NCBI RefSeq assembly: GCF_036321535.1
Contig: NC_087458.1
Coordinates: 7,812,001 to 7,876,000 of the forward strand
Direction of reading: 5' to 3'
Length of the DNA stretch: 64,000 bases
DNA from: Camelus dromedarius
Taxonomy: Eukaryota
The notes under the pieces were generated by a model. That model did not search any database, was not told the DNA's origin, and saw only the letters and a program-made list of their open reading frames with translations. This document shows, in pieces, positions 13,701-23,615 of the stretch (position 1 is its first letter; each line of letters begins with the position of its first letter). Position numbers and translations under genes: made by a program.

Positions 13701-16700
13701 CGGAGTCCTGAAGGGCCTCAAGCAAGGCCTCAGGGTTCTGTCTTTCCAGGGCAACATCAACAACTTCTAGAGCCCCAAGGACTGAAAAGACCAAGACACC
13801 ATAATGGAGAGTGTGAGAAAGCCCATCCCTCACCATCCCCAGCCCAGGCCTCTTCCTGCCCATTCACGGATACCCCCACCCCTGCCCCCTGGGGTCCTGG
13901 ATTCTTAGGGCCCATCTGGTCCAGCCCAAATTCTTCAGCTTGATCTTTACAGCCTTCCCATCTCACCACCCCAGACCCTGAGGATATCCTGATCCAAATG
14001 GGCAGGTGCCCACTCCATCCTGGGTCTTCAAGCAGCCTCTCTTGCCCTGATCCCCTATCATCCTCCACTATTTTCTCAAAGGACCCTAGACAAACCGCCC
14101 CCAGCACCTAGAGGTGAAAATCCTGCCCCTTTGCCTCTGTTCTCTCCATGGACCACCATTCAAAGAGAAGCCTCCTTGACAGGGACCACTTCTCCAGACA
14201 CCTATAGCAGTAAAGCAGAGAACACACCGCCTTGACTTTCATCTTTCCTTGAGATAAGTGTTGGCCCAAGTGAGGCTGTGGGTCTTCTGGCCTGAGAAGC
14301 CAACTCCAAAACTCCCTATGTGGGGTGGGGGGGTTATCTCTCAAACCCCTCCTGGCCTGTCTCTCTTACCATTGACGTGGTTGATGTTGCCTTGGATTTC
14401 AGCCTGAGTTAGGTAGCAGTCATAGATGTCCTGGCTTTCTCCATCATTCTGCAAAAACTACATTGAGAAGGGAACCTGGGAAGACCAGTTCGATCTTTTA
14501 TTCCTCCCTCCCTGTCTATAACTATTTCTTCTTCTGGGGACCTTCCCAAGGCCAAAGGTCAGTCTGGTTGGAAGGAATCTGAAGAAATCGTGGGATCTAA
14601 TCCCTGGCACTGACATAGGTTGAACTAACCTTTGGAATCTCCAGTCCAATCTCATCCAGTCCTACATTCCAGTCTCTCAGCCCTGCCTGAAAATTCAACC
14701 CCCTCCCCCAAAACCTCTTCCCTTCCCTTCTCTTCTGAATTCTCACCATTCTCCTGAGATCCTCTCCTATTTCTCTAAAGTAACTGACAAGCTACAGTTC
14801 CTCTAAGCAACTCTGGAACACATAGACAGGACAAATAGGAGTTCTGGTTTCGCTTAAGATTTTCCAGGACACCCAGTTTTTTGACCCCTGCCCTCCAAGT
14901 CCCTTACGTGGTTCCTGGCATTGGCAGCCTTCTCCATCTTGGCCTGGGCCAGAAGCTCCTGGTAGATGGCTGCCAGAGGCTCTCGAAGATTCCCGAGCAT
15001 AGCGTTGGGATTCTGCAAGGCAGCCAGGGTGTCCTTGACCACCCCTCGCTCCACTGCCTCATTGATGGCAAGAACAGCTGCATGGACTAGGAGGGGTGTG
15101 GAAACAAGGTCAGAAGGCCAGAGCATACCCCAGTCCAGTTACAGCATAACCAGCTGTAGGCCACTCTGACATCATCCCCTTTTTCCATCCAGAGGGGTCA
15201 GGCAAGGCAGGTAGCCTGATGGCCCTGCCCCCCATGAGAAGGGTCCAGAATTTACACAGGGACTATAAGGCTCAGGGTCCTCCCATACTCACTGAGCTAC
15301 CCCAGCAGGGGAACCTGGGCTCTACCTGCAGCCTCATCCACCGAGAGTTCATTGGCCAGGATGCCCCCGATCTTGCTGAAGGCAGGCAGCTGGAGGCCAT
15401 ATTTGGCCAGTTCGGAGGCCATGTTGCTGAGTTCCTCGGCTGCAATGATAGCACAGGTGCCCATCATCAAGCCCGGAACCCCCAAGACCCTGCCCAGACT
15501 GTGGTGGCTGGGGAAGAGCTGGGCTTACCTGTGAATTTCACTTTCCCGTATAGATCATGTATCTGAGGGGCCAATCCCAGCCGGAAGAGGAAGAGACTGC
15601 AAAAGAATGGAAGGCATTGGGGCCTATTCATTTTGACATGCTGCCTATAATAGGTTTGCAGGAGATACTATGGGGACTTGGAGATGAAGACCACTCAACA
15701 CCTGCCCTCAAGTCACCTCCCAGCCACAAGGAGAGATGTTATTGTAAGTCAGCCCAAGGCAAGTGCTATAGCATAAACAAGATACTGCAGGGGAGACTGG
15801 GAAGGTGTCACAGAGAAGGACACACTGCAGTAGCAGGTCACTGGATGGATATGGAGGATGGAAAGGGCATAGTAAGCAGAAACCTGCTGAGTTAAGGCAC
15901 ACAGACTTGAAAGGACATGGGAAATGAAGTCAGGAAGGGATGATGTGGTGAACACAGGAACTGGTCAATTACTTTCCATGATTTAGCCAGCTGGCTGCTG
16001 ATGGCTGGCTGTGAGTAGGACCAAACAGCCTTCACCATTCACACTGACTTGCATGTGACACTCCTGATGCGTCCTATTCTGATGCCTTGGCACCCTAGTT
16101 ACAAGCTGAACTCTCCTCTGCCTGCCCTTTCCCTTTACCCACATAGGTCACACATAAATGTGCCCATAAGCATGCACATAAACCTAAACAAAACTATGTA
16201 GACTCTCTACTGAGACGATTTCACTCTCCAGAGGAGTGCTCGCTATGGTCTAACCTCTGTCCTTCCTGCTGCAATGTTTCTTGCTGTTGATTGGTGGTTG
16301 CATCCACCTAGAGAAACCTGGATGACAAAAGTCTTGGTCTCTCACCTGAGTGCATGGATGCAGTAGACCACCCGAGGCATGTTCTTCTTGTCATAAATGT
16401 CCGTGGTCTCTGGGAAGAAGGTCTGGAGGGGAAAGCAGCCAGTATTGCCATTGGAGAATTTTAAGCAGCACCAGATATGGGCTGAGGAAGGGGTCTTTCT
16501 CTCCCACTTGGGGTATGTGCTCCTTTCTTGCCTGGGGCTTGGCTCAATCTCCCCAATTTTTCACAGCCAGCACTGCATCTGCACATTCAGTGCAAAGGAA
16601 AGGCACTGGGGACAGGTACTAAGCCAAGACCCAACCAGACACAAAAGCCTAGATTAACCAAACACCAGACAAGGCTATCAAGGCTATAGGATGCAGGCCA

Positions 16701-19700
16701 CAGGCTCCAGGAGAAACAGGCTCCCTATTCATTGCATAGACACAGCCAGCTTGCACCCCTCACCTTGGCCTCTCACCAGAAAGGTGGCATGCTGAGAGCT
16801 GGTCATGATCCCACAGAGGGCCCAATGAGGCATACATTGCCAAGGACAACAAAGAGTCAGAGCATGCCATCCCTGTCTGCAAGCCAGAGGCTACTGATCA
16901 GTGGGGACCCCTCTAAGAACTGAGTCACCCCAGGCATGGCTTCCCATGCCACCTGGTGACTGTAATGAGGTTTAACCTCGATAGCTCTTGGTTACCTTAG
17001 ATACATAAGAAAGGACCAAATCTAGAGACTTAAAAGTGTTCTAGCTTCTCGGAGGACACCTGGCCTCTACTGCTCTTGCCTCCCACCAAAGCATCTTTCT
17101 TAACTGCTATTCCCTGGTCTCACAGTTCTCTTCTACAATGAAGAAAAACCCTGCAGAATCTTATGCCTTAACTTGTATAGTTCTTTACAATTCACAAAGG
17201 AATTCACACAGATTATGTGATCCTCCTGATAGCCTTATAAGGTAGAAAGGGGAGGGATTACTATCCCCATTTTACAGATGAGAAACAAACTGAGACTCAA
17301 AGAGTGAGAGGCCAAGCAGCATGCGTCCAACTGGGGTCTCAGACTAGGCTTCCAAGTCCATCACCTAGGGATGTGGTACGTCCTTGCCTCACTCTATGAA
17401 ATTTCGGTGGCGAGGTGGCCAGCCAATGTGAGGCCCATCTCCTGTGTTATACAGGAGACTTGCTGACTAATGGAAACAACGCATCTTGGACCAGGGAACT
17501 TTCACCTCCCTTTGCTTCCCTTACCTACAGGGAAGTGGAGGCAGAGGCCAAGTAACATGGTTCAAAGACACACAGCCCCAAAGAACTTAAACTCTTAGAT
17601 TAAGTTAGTTTAGAAGACACATGGAGAAGAGTGCTAAAGGGTCTCAGAGAGATAAAGCATGTGTGTGGTGGGGGTGAAGGTGCCCGTGCAGAGTAGAGAT
17701 GAACCCCAATCTTGAGGCCCTGTGTTACCGAAGGCAGACCGATGTGGGCTATTGCAGACAGCCAAAAGTTGATGTTGTCTGTGTGACGGAAATGCAAGCC
17801 AGTTGCCTGGAAGGGAAGGAAAGAGAAGATAATCTATTTCAATAGTTCTCAGGGTTCCCTCCGGTAGAGCCCAGACCACAGCTTGAAGATTCAAGGTGTC
17901 GGGGCAGAGGACTCTGCCCTATGGACTTCCCATCACCCATCATCACATTTGGGAAGGATGTTACAGGGATGGGATTAACAAGCTAGTAAGGTTTCCTAGA
18001 AAAGGGGAGTCCAGAGCTGGGAGGGAAAAGAAAGGCACAGGGAAGGAGCAGTAACTTGGAAATACCTTCAAGGTAGCAAAGCCCACAAGCCTCTGAGTGT
18101 AGACTGTGGGTAGAAAAGTCTGACTGGAAGTTCTCACATCAGAGGCATCTCAAAGCCCTCCTAGCAATGTCCCTTGCTAAGGATGGTACACATTGCCAGG
18201 CTGGGAGATACCAATTGATAACTGTTGTTCCAGTGCAGTGATTAATATTACCCCTTGTCATCCTCAAAAGTACCCAGGTTTGGACAACAAATTATATGGT
18301 CACCTTACTCTCACAGCTGTGAGGAGAAGATGTAGTTTGAGAGGAAGAAAGATGAGACCTCTGCTTCCCACCTGGTACCGCAGCTGCTCCACGTCATAGA
18401 TCTTCTTCAAGGGAACCACAGAGGGTGCAAAACAGTGGCCCAGCTTGGCCAGCAGCACTCCATTCCGGAGGCTCTCCTCCAGCTCCACCGGAGAAGGAAG
18501 CTCCTCCTTCAAGCAGGCCTCCATCCAGCTGAAAGCAGGAGAGTAGCTTCTCACCCACTCTGGCAGCCCACAGCAGTTCATTCTAACTGCAGGACCTTCC
18601 CTCCCTCTCTCCCTCTAAGCACCTCTGCCTCCTGCCTCCTGCTTCTTCCCTACTCCCAACTCCCCTCTCTGCCCATTCCCTGGCTGTTCCCACCTTCTCA
18701 CAAGCTGCCCCAAACACATGGATTGGCCAATCCTGAGTCTCCATCCACCCCAGTAACATCTTCCCTGGCAGATGCTGAACCTGCCCATCTTCAGTGAAGC
18801 TTAAACAGGCTCTTACCTGTTACACAATATAACCTCTCACTCAGTCTGGTTATGCATCTGACTATTGGAACCAATGGAGCAAAGACAGTCTCTTCAACAA
18901 ATGGTGCTGGCATAACTATACATCCGCATGCANNNNNNNNNNNNNNNNNNNNNNNNNNNNNNNNNNNNNNNNNNNNNNNNNNNNNNNNNNNNNNNNNNNN
19001 NNNNNNNNNNNNNNNNNNNNNNNNNNNNNNNNNNNNNNNNNNNNNNNNNNNNNNNNNNNNCTTGGGTATGGCAGTGACTTCAGATACAACACCAAAGGCA
19101 CAGTCCTGGAACGAAATAATTGATAAGCTGGATTTCACTGAAATTAAGAACGTCTGCTCTACAAAAGGCAATGTCAAGAAAATAAGGAGACACGCCACAG
19201 ACTGGGAGAAAATATTTGCAAAAAATATATCTGATAAAGGATTGTTATCCAAAAGACACCTCACCAAAGATATAAAGATGGCAAATAAGCGTCTGAAAAN
19301 NNNNNNNNNNNNNNNNNNNNNNNNNNNNNNNNNNNNNNNNNNNNNNNNNNNNNNNNNNNNNNNNNNNNNNNNNNNNNNNNNNNNNNNNNNNNNNNNNNNN
19401 NNNNNNNNNNNNNNNNNNNNNNNNNNNNNNNNNNNNNNNNNNNNNNNNNNNNNNNNNNNNNNNNNNNNNNNGCACTTTGGACAGCAGTTTGGTGGGTTCT
19501 TACAAAACTAAACATACTCTTAACATATGGTCCAGCAATTTGCACTCCAAAGGAACTGAAAACTTACATCCACATAAAAACCTGCCCACAGATGTTTATG
19601 GCAGCTCTATTCATAACTGTCAAATCTTAGAAGCANNNNNNNNNNNNNNNNNNNNNNNNNNNNNNNNNNNNNNNNNNNNNNNNNNNNNNNNNNNNNNNNN

Positions 19701-22642
19701 NNNNNNNNNNNNNNNNNNNNNNNNNNNNNNNNNNNNNNNNNNNNNNNNNNNNNNNNNNNNNNNNNNNNNNNNNNNNNNNNNNNNNNNNNNNNNNNNNNNN
19801 NNNNNNNNNNNTTTGATGTATATGACATTCTGGAAAAGGCAAAACTATGGAGACAGTAAAAAGATGAGTGGTTGCCGGAAGTTGGGGTTGGGGGTTAGGG
19901 GCAGAGAGGATGAACAGTTGAAGCACAGAGACTTTTTAGGGCAGTGAAACTACTCTATGATACTATAATGATGGATGGATATATGTCATAATACATTTGT
20001 TCAAATCCATAGAACATACAACATGAAGAGTGAACTCTAAAGCAAACTACGGACTTTGGATGATTATGTGTCAAAGTAGATTCCTCAACTGTAGCAAATG
20101 CACCACTCTTGTGGGGATTTTCATAATGGGTGAGGCCATGCCTGTTTGGGGGTAGGAGGTATATGGGAAATCTCTGTATCTTTCTCAATTTTTCTGTGGA
20201 CCTAAAACTACTCTGAAGAAAAAAAAAAAGTCAGGAAAAAAAAAAAAAAGATGCTATTCCAACTCTCCCTTTCCCATAGAATGGACTCTTGACTTTTTGC
20301 ATTTGCTTTGGCGGCAGGTGCCTGGGGTGGGCAGGTTGGGAAAGGGAGACCAGAAAGAGGCAATCCCTCTGCTCACCGTTTGGCTTCCTCCAGCCGGCAC
20401 AGGTACTGATAGGCAACGTTCTGCCGCCTCTGCTCATCCATTTCCTCAGCTGTGAGACGTTCATCTGAAGAGTCAATAAAGGGAGCATAAGATAGAGGGC
20501 CATAGCATTAAAGCTTCTTCTTAACAGACTTTTTTAGGCAACCCTGCTCAGAGACCCAAAGCATCTCCCATATGTCTGCCCCCCTATTCCCTGGACACTC
20601 TGGCTCCAATCTTCTGCTCCTGGCCAGTAAAGCTATCATAGTCAGCACCCTGTAAAGGGTAGACTCTCCACCCTTTAACAGGGGATTCTTCCTATACTGG
20701 GGGTGTTTCTCCCCTTTCTTCTCCAGCCATCTTCCTGGCCTCTTCCTTCCCAAATCTATTTCACAGTCCTTCCCTTAGGACCTCCCAGCAGGGATGTCCA
20801 GATCCCTCCTTGGTTGGAAACTGAGCTCCTCATTTCATCCCTAATTAGACTCTGAGTTCTCCAAGAATTGGACTTGTGTCATCCTCCTCAGGTACTCTCC
20901 CCGAGGCTAGGTTAACAGAACCAACTAGGACTCATCATTCAACAGCCACTCATTCATTCAGTACCTCCTGGATGTCAGGCACTGGGCTAGTGGACCCATA
21001 CTCTCAAGAAGTACAAAGATTACTATTAGAAGAGAAAAACATGTAAGTAAAAAACTTCAGCCTAATGTGATATATGTAATTATAGCTCATAAATAGTCTA
21101 CGGAAGCAGCAGAGGAAGCAAGGGATTCTACCTACGAGTAGAATCTTAAAGAATGAACAGGAGGAAAGGGAGAAAAGGCAGTTCAACATACAGAAAATCA
21201 TGTGAAAAGGCCACTCACTTGGAATTAAGTGGAAGGACAGAGAATTTTAAAAGATCACAAAGATATATTTCCTCTCCCTTCTAGTATAGGTCACCCGAGG
21301 AGGAAAATAATCTCCAAGCTAAATAAAATGCAGACAATATTCTGACTCCCAAACTCAAGAAAAGGAAATCTCTTAAACGAGACAGCATTCATATTCTGCC
21401 TTAGCCACGGCCTCCTTTTTTATCCTTTTACCCCCTCTTCTCCCTCATCTCTCTAGTCTCCTTAAGGAAGACAATACAAAAATCAGACAAAAATGAGAGA
21501 AAGCTACACATATACACCAAGAAAATAAAGTCAGAGAACTTGAAAAGATGCAGAACTTAGTAAATCTGTCTGACTCAGCACTTAATGTCGCCCTGCTTTT
21601 TATCTCTTTTCCTTATATTGCATATCCTGCAATATGATTTGGGGGAGAGGCAGGTCTTATTTGAACTGGCAGTTAAACAAGTTAAAACATACACACATAC
21701 ACACACCCCTCCACATTCAGATTTGGAAGCACTGGCCAATCGCAGGAAATCCATCAGTTCCTCTGAGGGGGTGTATGAGGAACAAGTGTTGGTTGCTAAG
21801 CATGGAAAATAAACCAGTAAGTGAGTGACATCACCTCAGAGTTATGAATTGGAGACTGAGAGATGGGTGGGACTTTGTACGGACACACAGTCTTAAAAAA
21901 AGAAAAATCAGCCTTCCTGCCATTTTCAGGTCTGCAACTAGCTTTCCTTCAACAGATCCGTGGACGTGGACTTTGCTTTTTGAATACTAATGAAGTGGCA
22001 GGGAAGAGGGTAGAAGAAGGAGCAGATTTTGCTTTTCACTCAGAAGGTCACATAGAAACCTTTCTGCAGGCCCATTTTCCTGGCGCCAGTCTCTCTAAAG
22101 AGTTGGACCCCAATCCAGACCTACTGTTGCTAAAGCTCTGGGATAGGATTCAGGAATCTGCATTTTAAGTAGCTCCCCAGGTAATTCCGACATCGTAAAG
22201 TTTGAGAGGCATTGTTTCAAAGAGGTATCAAAAAGTCAAGGAAGTTCCCCAGGTCTTATTAGGCGTCCGGTCCCCTTATAGCGTTTGGCAAGTACGGTAG
22301 CCTTCAGTAACTGCTGAATTTTAAGGGGCCGTCCAGACCACCTACATTCTCCCAGCCCCGGAGCCCTAGAATTTGGGAGTAAGGGAGAAAACTCTTTGTA
22401 AGCTTTGAAGACGGCCACAGAAATCAACGCATTTCTCTGCTCACAGCTTTACTCCAGCCTCCAGGAGTCCGGACTGAGTACAGTCTGGCCGCCCCTTGCC
22501 TGGCGCGCCCCGCGTCCAGCCCCCGCCCCAAGCTCTCCGAGGACCACAGAGTCCCCGAACAGCGGCACCACTGCCGGACCCTCCTTGGCCCCTTCTGGCA
22601 CTCACAGACCGCTCGGCCCGGGGCCGCTCCTCTCCCCTCCAT
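940..22642 (-). CDS. IQGAP3: IQ motif containing GTPase activating protein 3, exons 1-22 (3'-partial)
   Basis: 22 exons with GT-AG ends join in frame (2533 nt). They encode MEGRGAAPGRAVYERLTAEEMDEQRRQNVAYQYLCRLEEAKRWMEACL..., a CH domain, IQGAP repeats, a WW domain and four IQ motifs, matching IQGAP3 as I recall it. Confidence 0.97.
1111..1182 (-). CDS. IQGAP3: IQGAP3 exon 21 (IQ3)
   Basis: IQAWARMWAARRRYRRRLGYFQKN. Confidence 0.95.
1345..1428 (-). CDS. IQGAP3: IQGAP3 exon 20 (IQ2)
   Basis: AHWRGYRQRKIYLERLQYLKANTDAVVK. Confidence 0.95.
1663..1704. repeat. (CA)n microsatellite
   Basis: About 21 uninterrupted CA units. Confidence 0.97.
4175..4406 (-). mobile_element. MIR SINE
   Basis: Core TTTTCAGATGAGGAAACTG...GGGATTCAAACCCAGG. 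Similar MIR copies occur at about 3305-3515, 6835-7115, 10165-10350, 17200-17340, 35560-35720, 37315-37450, 43555-43830, 45140-45355 and 58290-58480. Confidence 0.8.
4524..4694 (-). CDS. IQGAP3: IQGAP3 exon 19 (IQ1)
   Basis: SAITKVTAAYDRQQLWKANVGFIIRLQAHLRGFLVRQKF...VKIQ. Confidence 0.95.
4804..4943 (-). CDS. IQGAP3: IQGAP3 exon 18 (WW domain)
   Basis: GDTALWVQHDMKDGTAYYFHLQTFQGTWERP...EEIQ. Confidence 0.95.
5037..5204 (-). CDS. IQGAP3: IQGAP3 exon 17
   Basis: MALGVAAINQAIKEGKAAQTERVLRNP...KKRRP. Confidence 0.95.
6111..6201 (-). CDS. IQGAP3: IQGAP3 exon 16
   Basis: VTGDPGAVLWLEEIRQEVVRANQDTDTAQK. Confidence 0.95.
7531..7694 (-). CDS. IQGAP3: IQGAP3 exon 15
   Basis: QVLAVSLINEALDQDNPEKTLSSLLLP...KRQKAQ. 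Confidence 0.95.
7797..7918 (-). CDS. IQGAP3: IQGAP3 exon 14
   Basis: YFDALVKLRQVRGVDGAFLSWNDLQATVSQVNAQVQEETD. Confidence 0.95.
8012..9175 (+). mobile_element. LINE L2 3' fragment
   Basis: L2-like pyrimidine-rich text ending in a degenerate GAATAAATG tail. Confidence 0.8.
9373..9530 (-). CDS. IQGAP3: IQGAP3 exon 13
   Basis: ELGQEELFVAVEMLSAVVLINHALESRDASGFWSSLVNP...GENAQR. Confidence 0.95.
10086..10155. repeat. Compound (TAG)n(TAA/TGA)n trinucleotide repeat
   Basis: TAGTAGTAGTAGTAATAATAATAAT... Confidence 0.92.
11062..11225 (-). CDS. IQGAP3: IQGAP3 exon 12
   Basis: MLQAVQRINKAIQRGVAADTVRELMCPEAQLPPVYP...QRQRQG. Confidence 0.95.
11336..11469 (-). mobile_element. tRNA-derived camelid SINE (Vic-1 type)
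   Basis: Reverse complement GGGGAGGGTATAGCTCAGTGGTAGAGT...GGTCCTGGGTCCAATCCCCAGTACCTCC, then AAATAAATAAACCTAATT and an A-rich tail. Confidence 0.88.
13000..13087 (-). CDS. IQGAP3: IQGAP3 exon 11
   Basis: ELGLVELLEKEEVQAGVAAANIKGDQEQA. Confidence 0.95.
13618..13781 (-). CDS. IQGAP3: IQGAP3 exon 10
   Basis: VLGALEVVDVALERQNPEALLEALQD...DREQKAQ. Confidence 0.95.
14370..14448 (-). CDS. IQGAP3: IQGAP3 exon 9
   Basis: NDGESQDIYDCYLTQAEIQGNINHVN. Confidence 0.94.
14908..15086 (-). CDS. IQGAP3: IQGAP3 exon 8
   Basis: VHAAVLAINEAVERGVVKDTLAALQNP...KAANARNH. Confidence 0.95.
15326..15439 (-). CDS. IQGAP3: IQGAP3 exon 7
   Basis: AEELSNMASELAKYGLQLPAFSKIGGILANELSVDEAA. Confidence 0.95.
15529..15596 (-). 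CDS. IQGAP3: IQGAP3 exon 6
   Basis: LFLFRLGLAPQIHDLYGKVKFT. Confidence 0.95.
16346..16422 (-). CDS. IQGAP3: IQGAP3 exon 5
   Basis: TFFPETTDIYDKKNMPRVVYCIHALS. Confidence 0.95.
17729..17806 (-). CDS. IQGAP3: IQGAP3 exon 4
   Basis: ATGLHFRHTDNINFWLSAIAHIGLPS. Confidence 0.95.
18372..18528 (-). CDS. IQGAP3: IQGAP3 exon 3 (CH domain)
   Basis: WMEACLKEELPSPVELEESLRNGVLLAKLGHCFAPSVVPLKKIYDVEQLRYQ. Confidence 0.95.
18845..20250 (+). mobile_element. L1 (L1M/L1MB-like) 3' fragment in IQGAP3 intron 2, three N gaps
   Basis: ORF2-end-like text (AGTCTCTTCAACAAATGGTGCTGG; GACTGGGAGAAAATATTTGCAAA), L1MB-like 3' UTR and A tail. Confidence 0.85.
18933..19811. other. Assembly gaps (N): 18933-19060, 19300-19471, 19636-19811
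   Basis: N runs of 128, 172 and 176 nt. Confidence 0.98.
20377..20464 (-). CDS. IQGAP3: IQGAP3 exon 2
   Basis: YERLTAEEMDEQRRQNVAYQYLCRLEEAKR; 88 nt. Confidence 0.95.
22070..22215. mobile_element. hAT-Charlie MER5-like fragment
   Basis: CCAGACCTACTG...CAGGAATCTGCATTTTAAGTAGCTCCCCAGGTAATTC...AAAGTTTGAGA. Confidence 0.65.
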
Positions 22643-22900
22643 GTTCCTCCTTCTCCCAGGTTTGAATCTCCCGCCGCCCGGCCACCGCCCCGCCACCGCC
22701 CCTCACCGTCGCCACAGGCAGACAGGGCACTTCCGGTCTGTGCCGCAGGGGCCTCTGGGACTTGTAGTTCCAGGCTGCAGAGGTGCGCCTCCAGGTGGGA
22801 AGAAGGGTATCGCCTTGGGCGGGGAGAGGCGCTCCCCTTCCTGCGGTACTCTGGGATTCTGTTTCTCCAGAGCTCCTTCGCTGCCAAACCGCCTTATTTC
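22400..22900. promoter_or_regulatory. IQGAP3 CpG-island promoter (head-to-head with TTC24)
   Basis: CpG-rich. TTTGAA (CHR-like) 22661-22666, GC boxes about 22680-22700, CACTTCCGGT (ETS) 22728-22737, TGGGACTTGTAGTTC (reverse complement of the ZNF143/THAP11 ACTACAnnTCCCA motif) 22756-22770. Confidence 0.8.
22606..22642 (-). CDS. IQGAP3: IQGAP3 exon 1 (coding part)
   Basis: ATG at 22642; MEGRGAAPGRAV; donor GTGAG; lies in a CpG island. Confidence 0.93.
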
Positions 22901-23414
22901 AAGCAGTCCCTGCCCCTGCCTCTAACATTCCCCCCTAGTATTTCCATTAGCCCCGCTCCACTTCCTACATTATTATCTGGTCCTGCTAATTTGAGGTCCT
23001 ACTTGGTGCTATGCACTAAACTGGGGATGCAGAGATGAACAAGCACAATTCGTGCCCTAAAGAATCTTGCTGTTCTGGAATGAGTGATAAACGTATAGGC
23101 CAAATAAATTAGAGGTTAGTGATACACAGAAAGAGGAGATAATGGCTGTAATTAAGAGCAGTGAAAGATAGGACGACTACCTCGTGGAGGTCACAGTCAG
23201 GGTTGAAAAGTTAACTAGAATTGGTATCAGACTGAAGGAGAGAGGGATTTTACTCAGTGGAAACAGCATGTGCAAGATTAAGGAGGAAACTGAGGCTGAA
23301 ACTGAGCCACAATTCAAATTCTCAGTCCAACCCCAAACTTAAGTTCTCAACCACTATATACTATACCACCCCCAAGGCCCCAGCCATGAGACTGAAAACC
23401 AAAGGAGTGAACAA

Positions 23415-23615
23415 AAACACTAATTGGAAAAGATACAAACACCCCAATGTTTATTATAGCAGCACATTTGCAATAGCCAAGACATGCAAGTAACCCAAGT
23501 GCCCATCAACAGACGAAAGGAAATATTGCCATTTGTAGCAATGTGGATGGGCCTAGAGATTATGCTTAATGAAATAAGTCAGAGAAAGGCAAATACTATA
23601 TGATATCACTTATAG
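23415..23615 (+). mobile_element. L1 3' fragment
   Basis: AATAGCCAAGACATGCAAGTAACCCAAGTGCCCATCAACAGA...ATGATATCACTTATA. Confidence 0.75.

Noticed and set aside
18791-19947. Long ORFs of 150-220 aa in IQGAP3 intron 2, and similar ones at 47971-48676 and 56324-56902
   Set aside because: They are inflated by N runs translated as X and are L1 remnants or gap artefacts.
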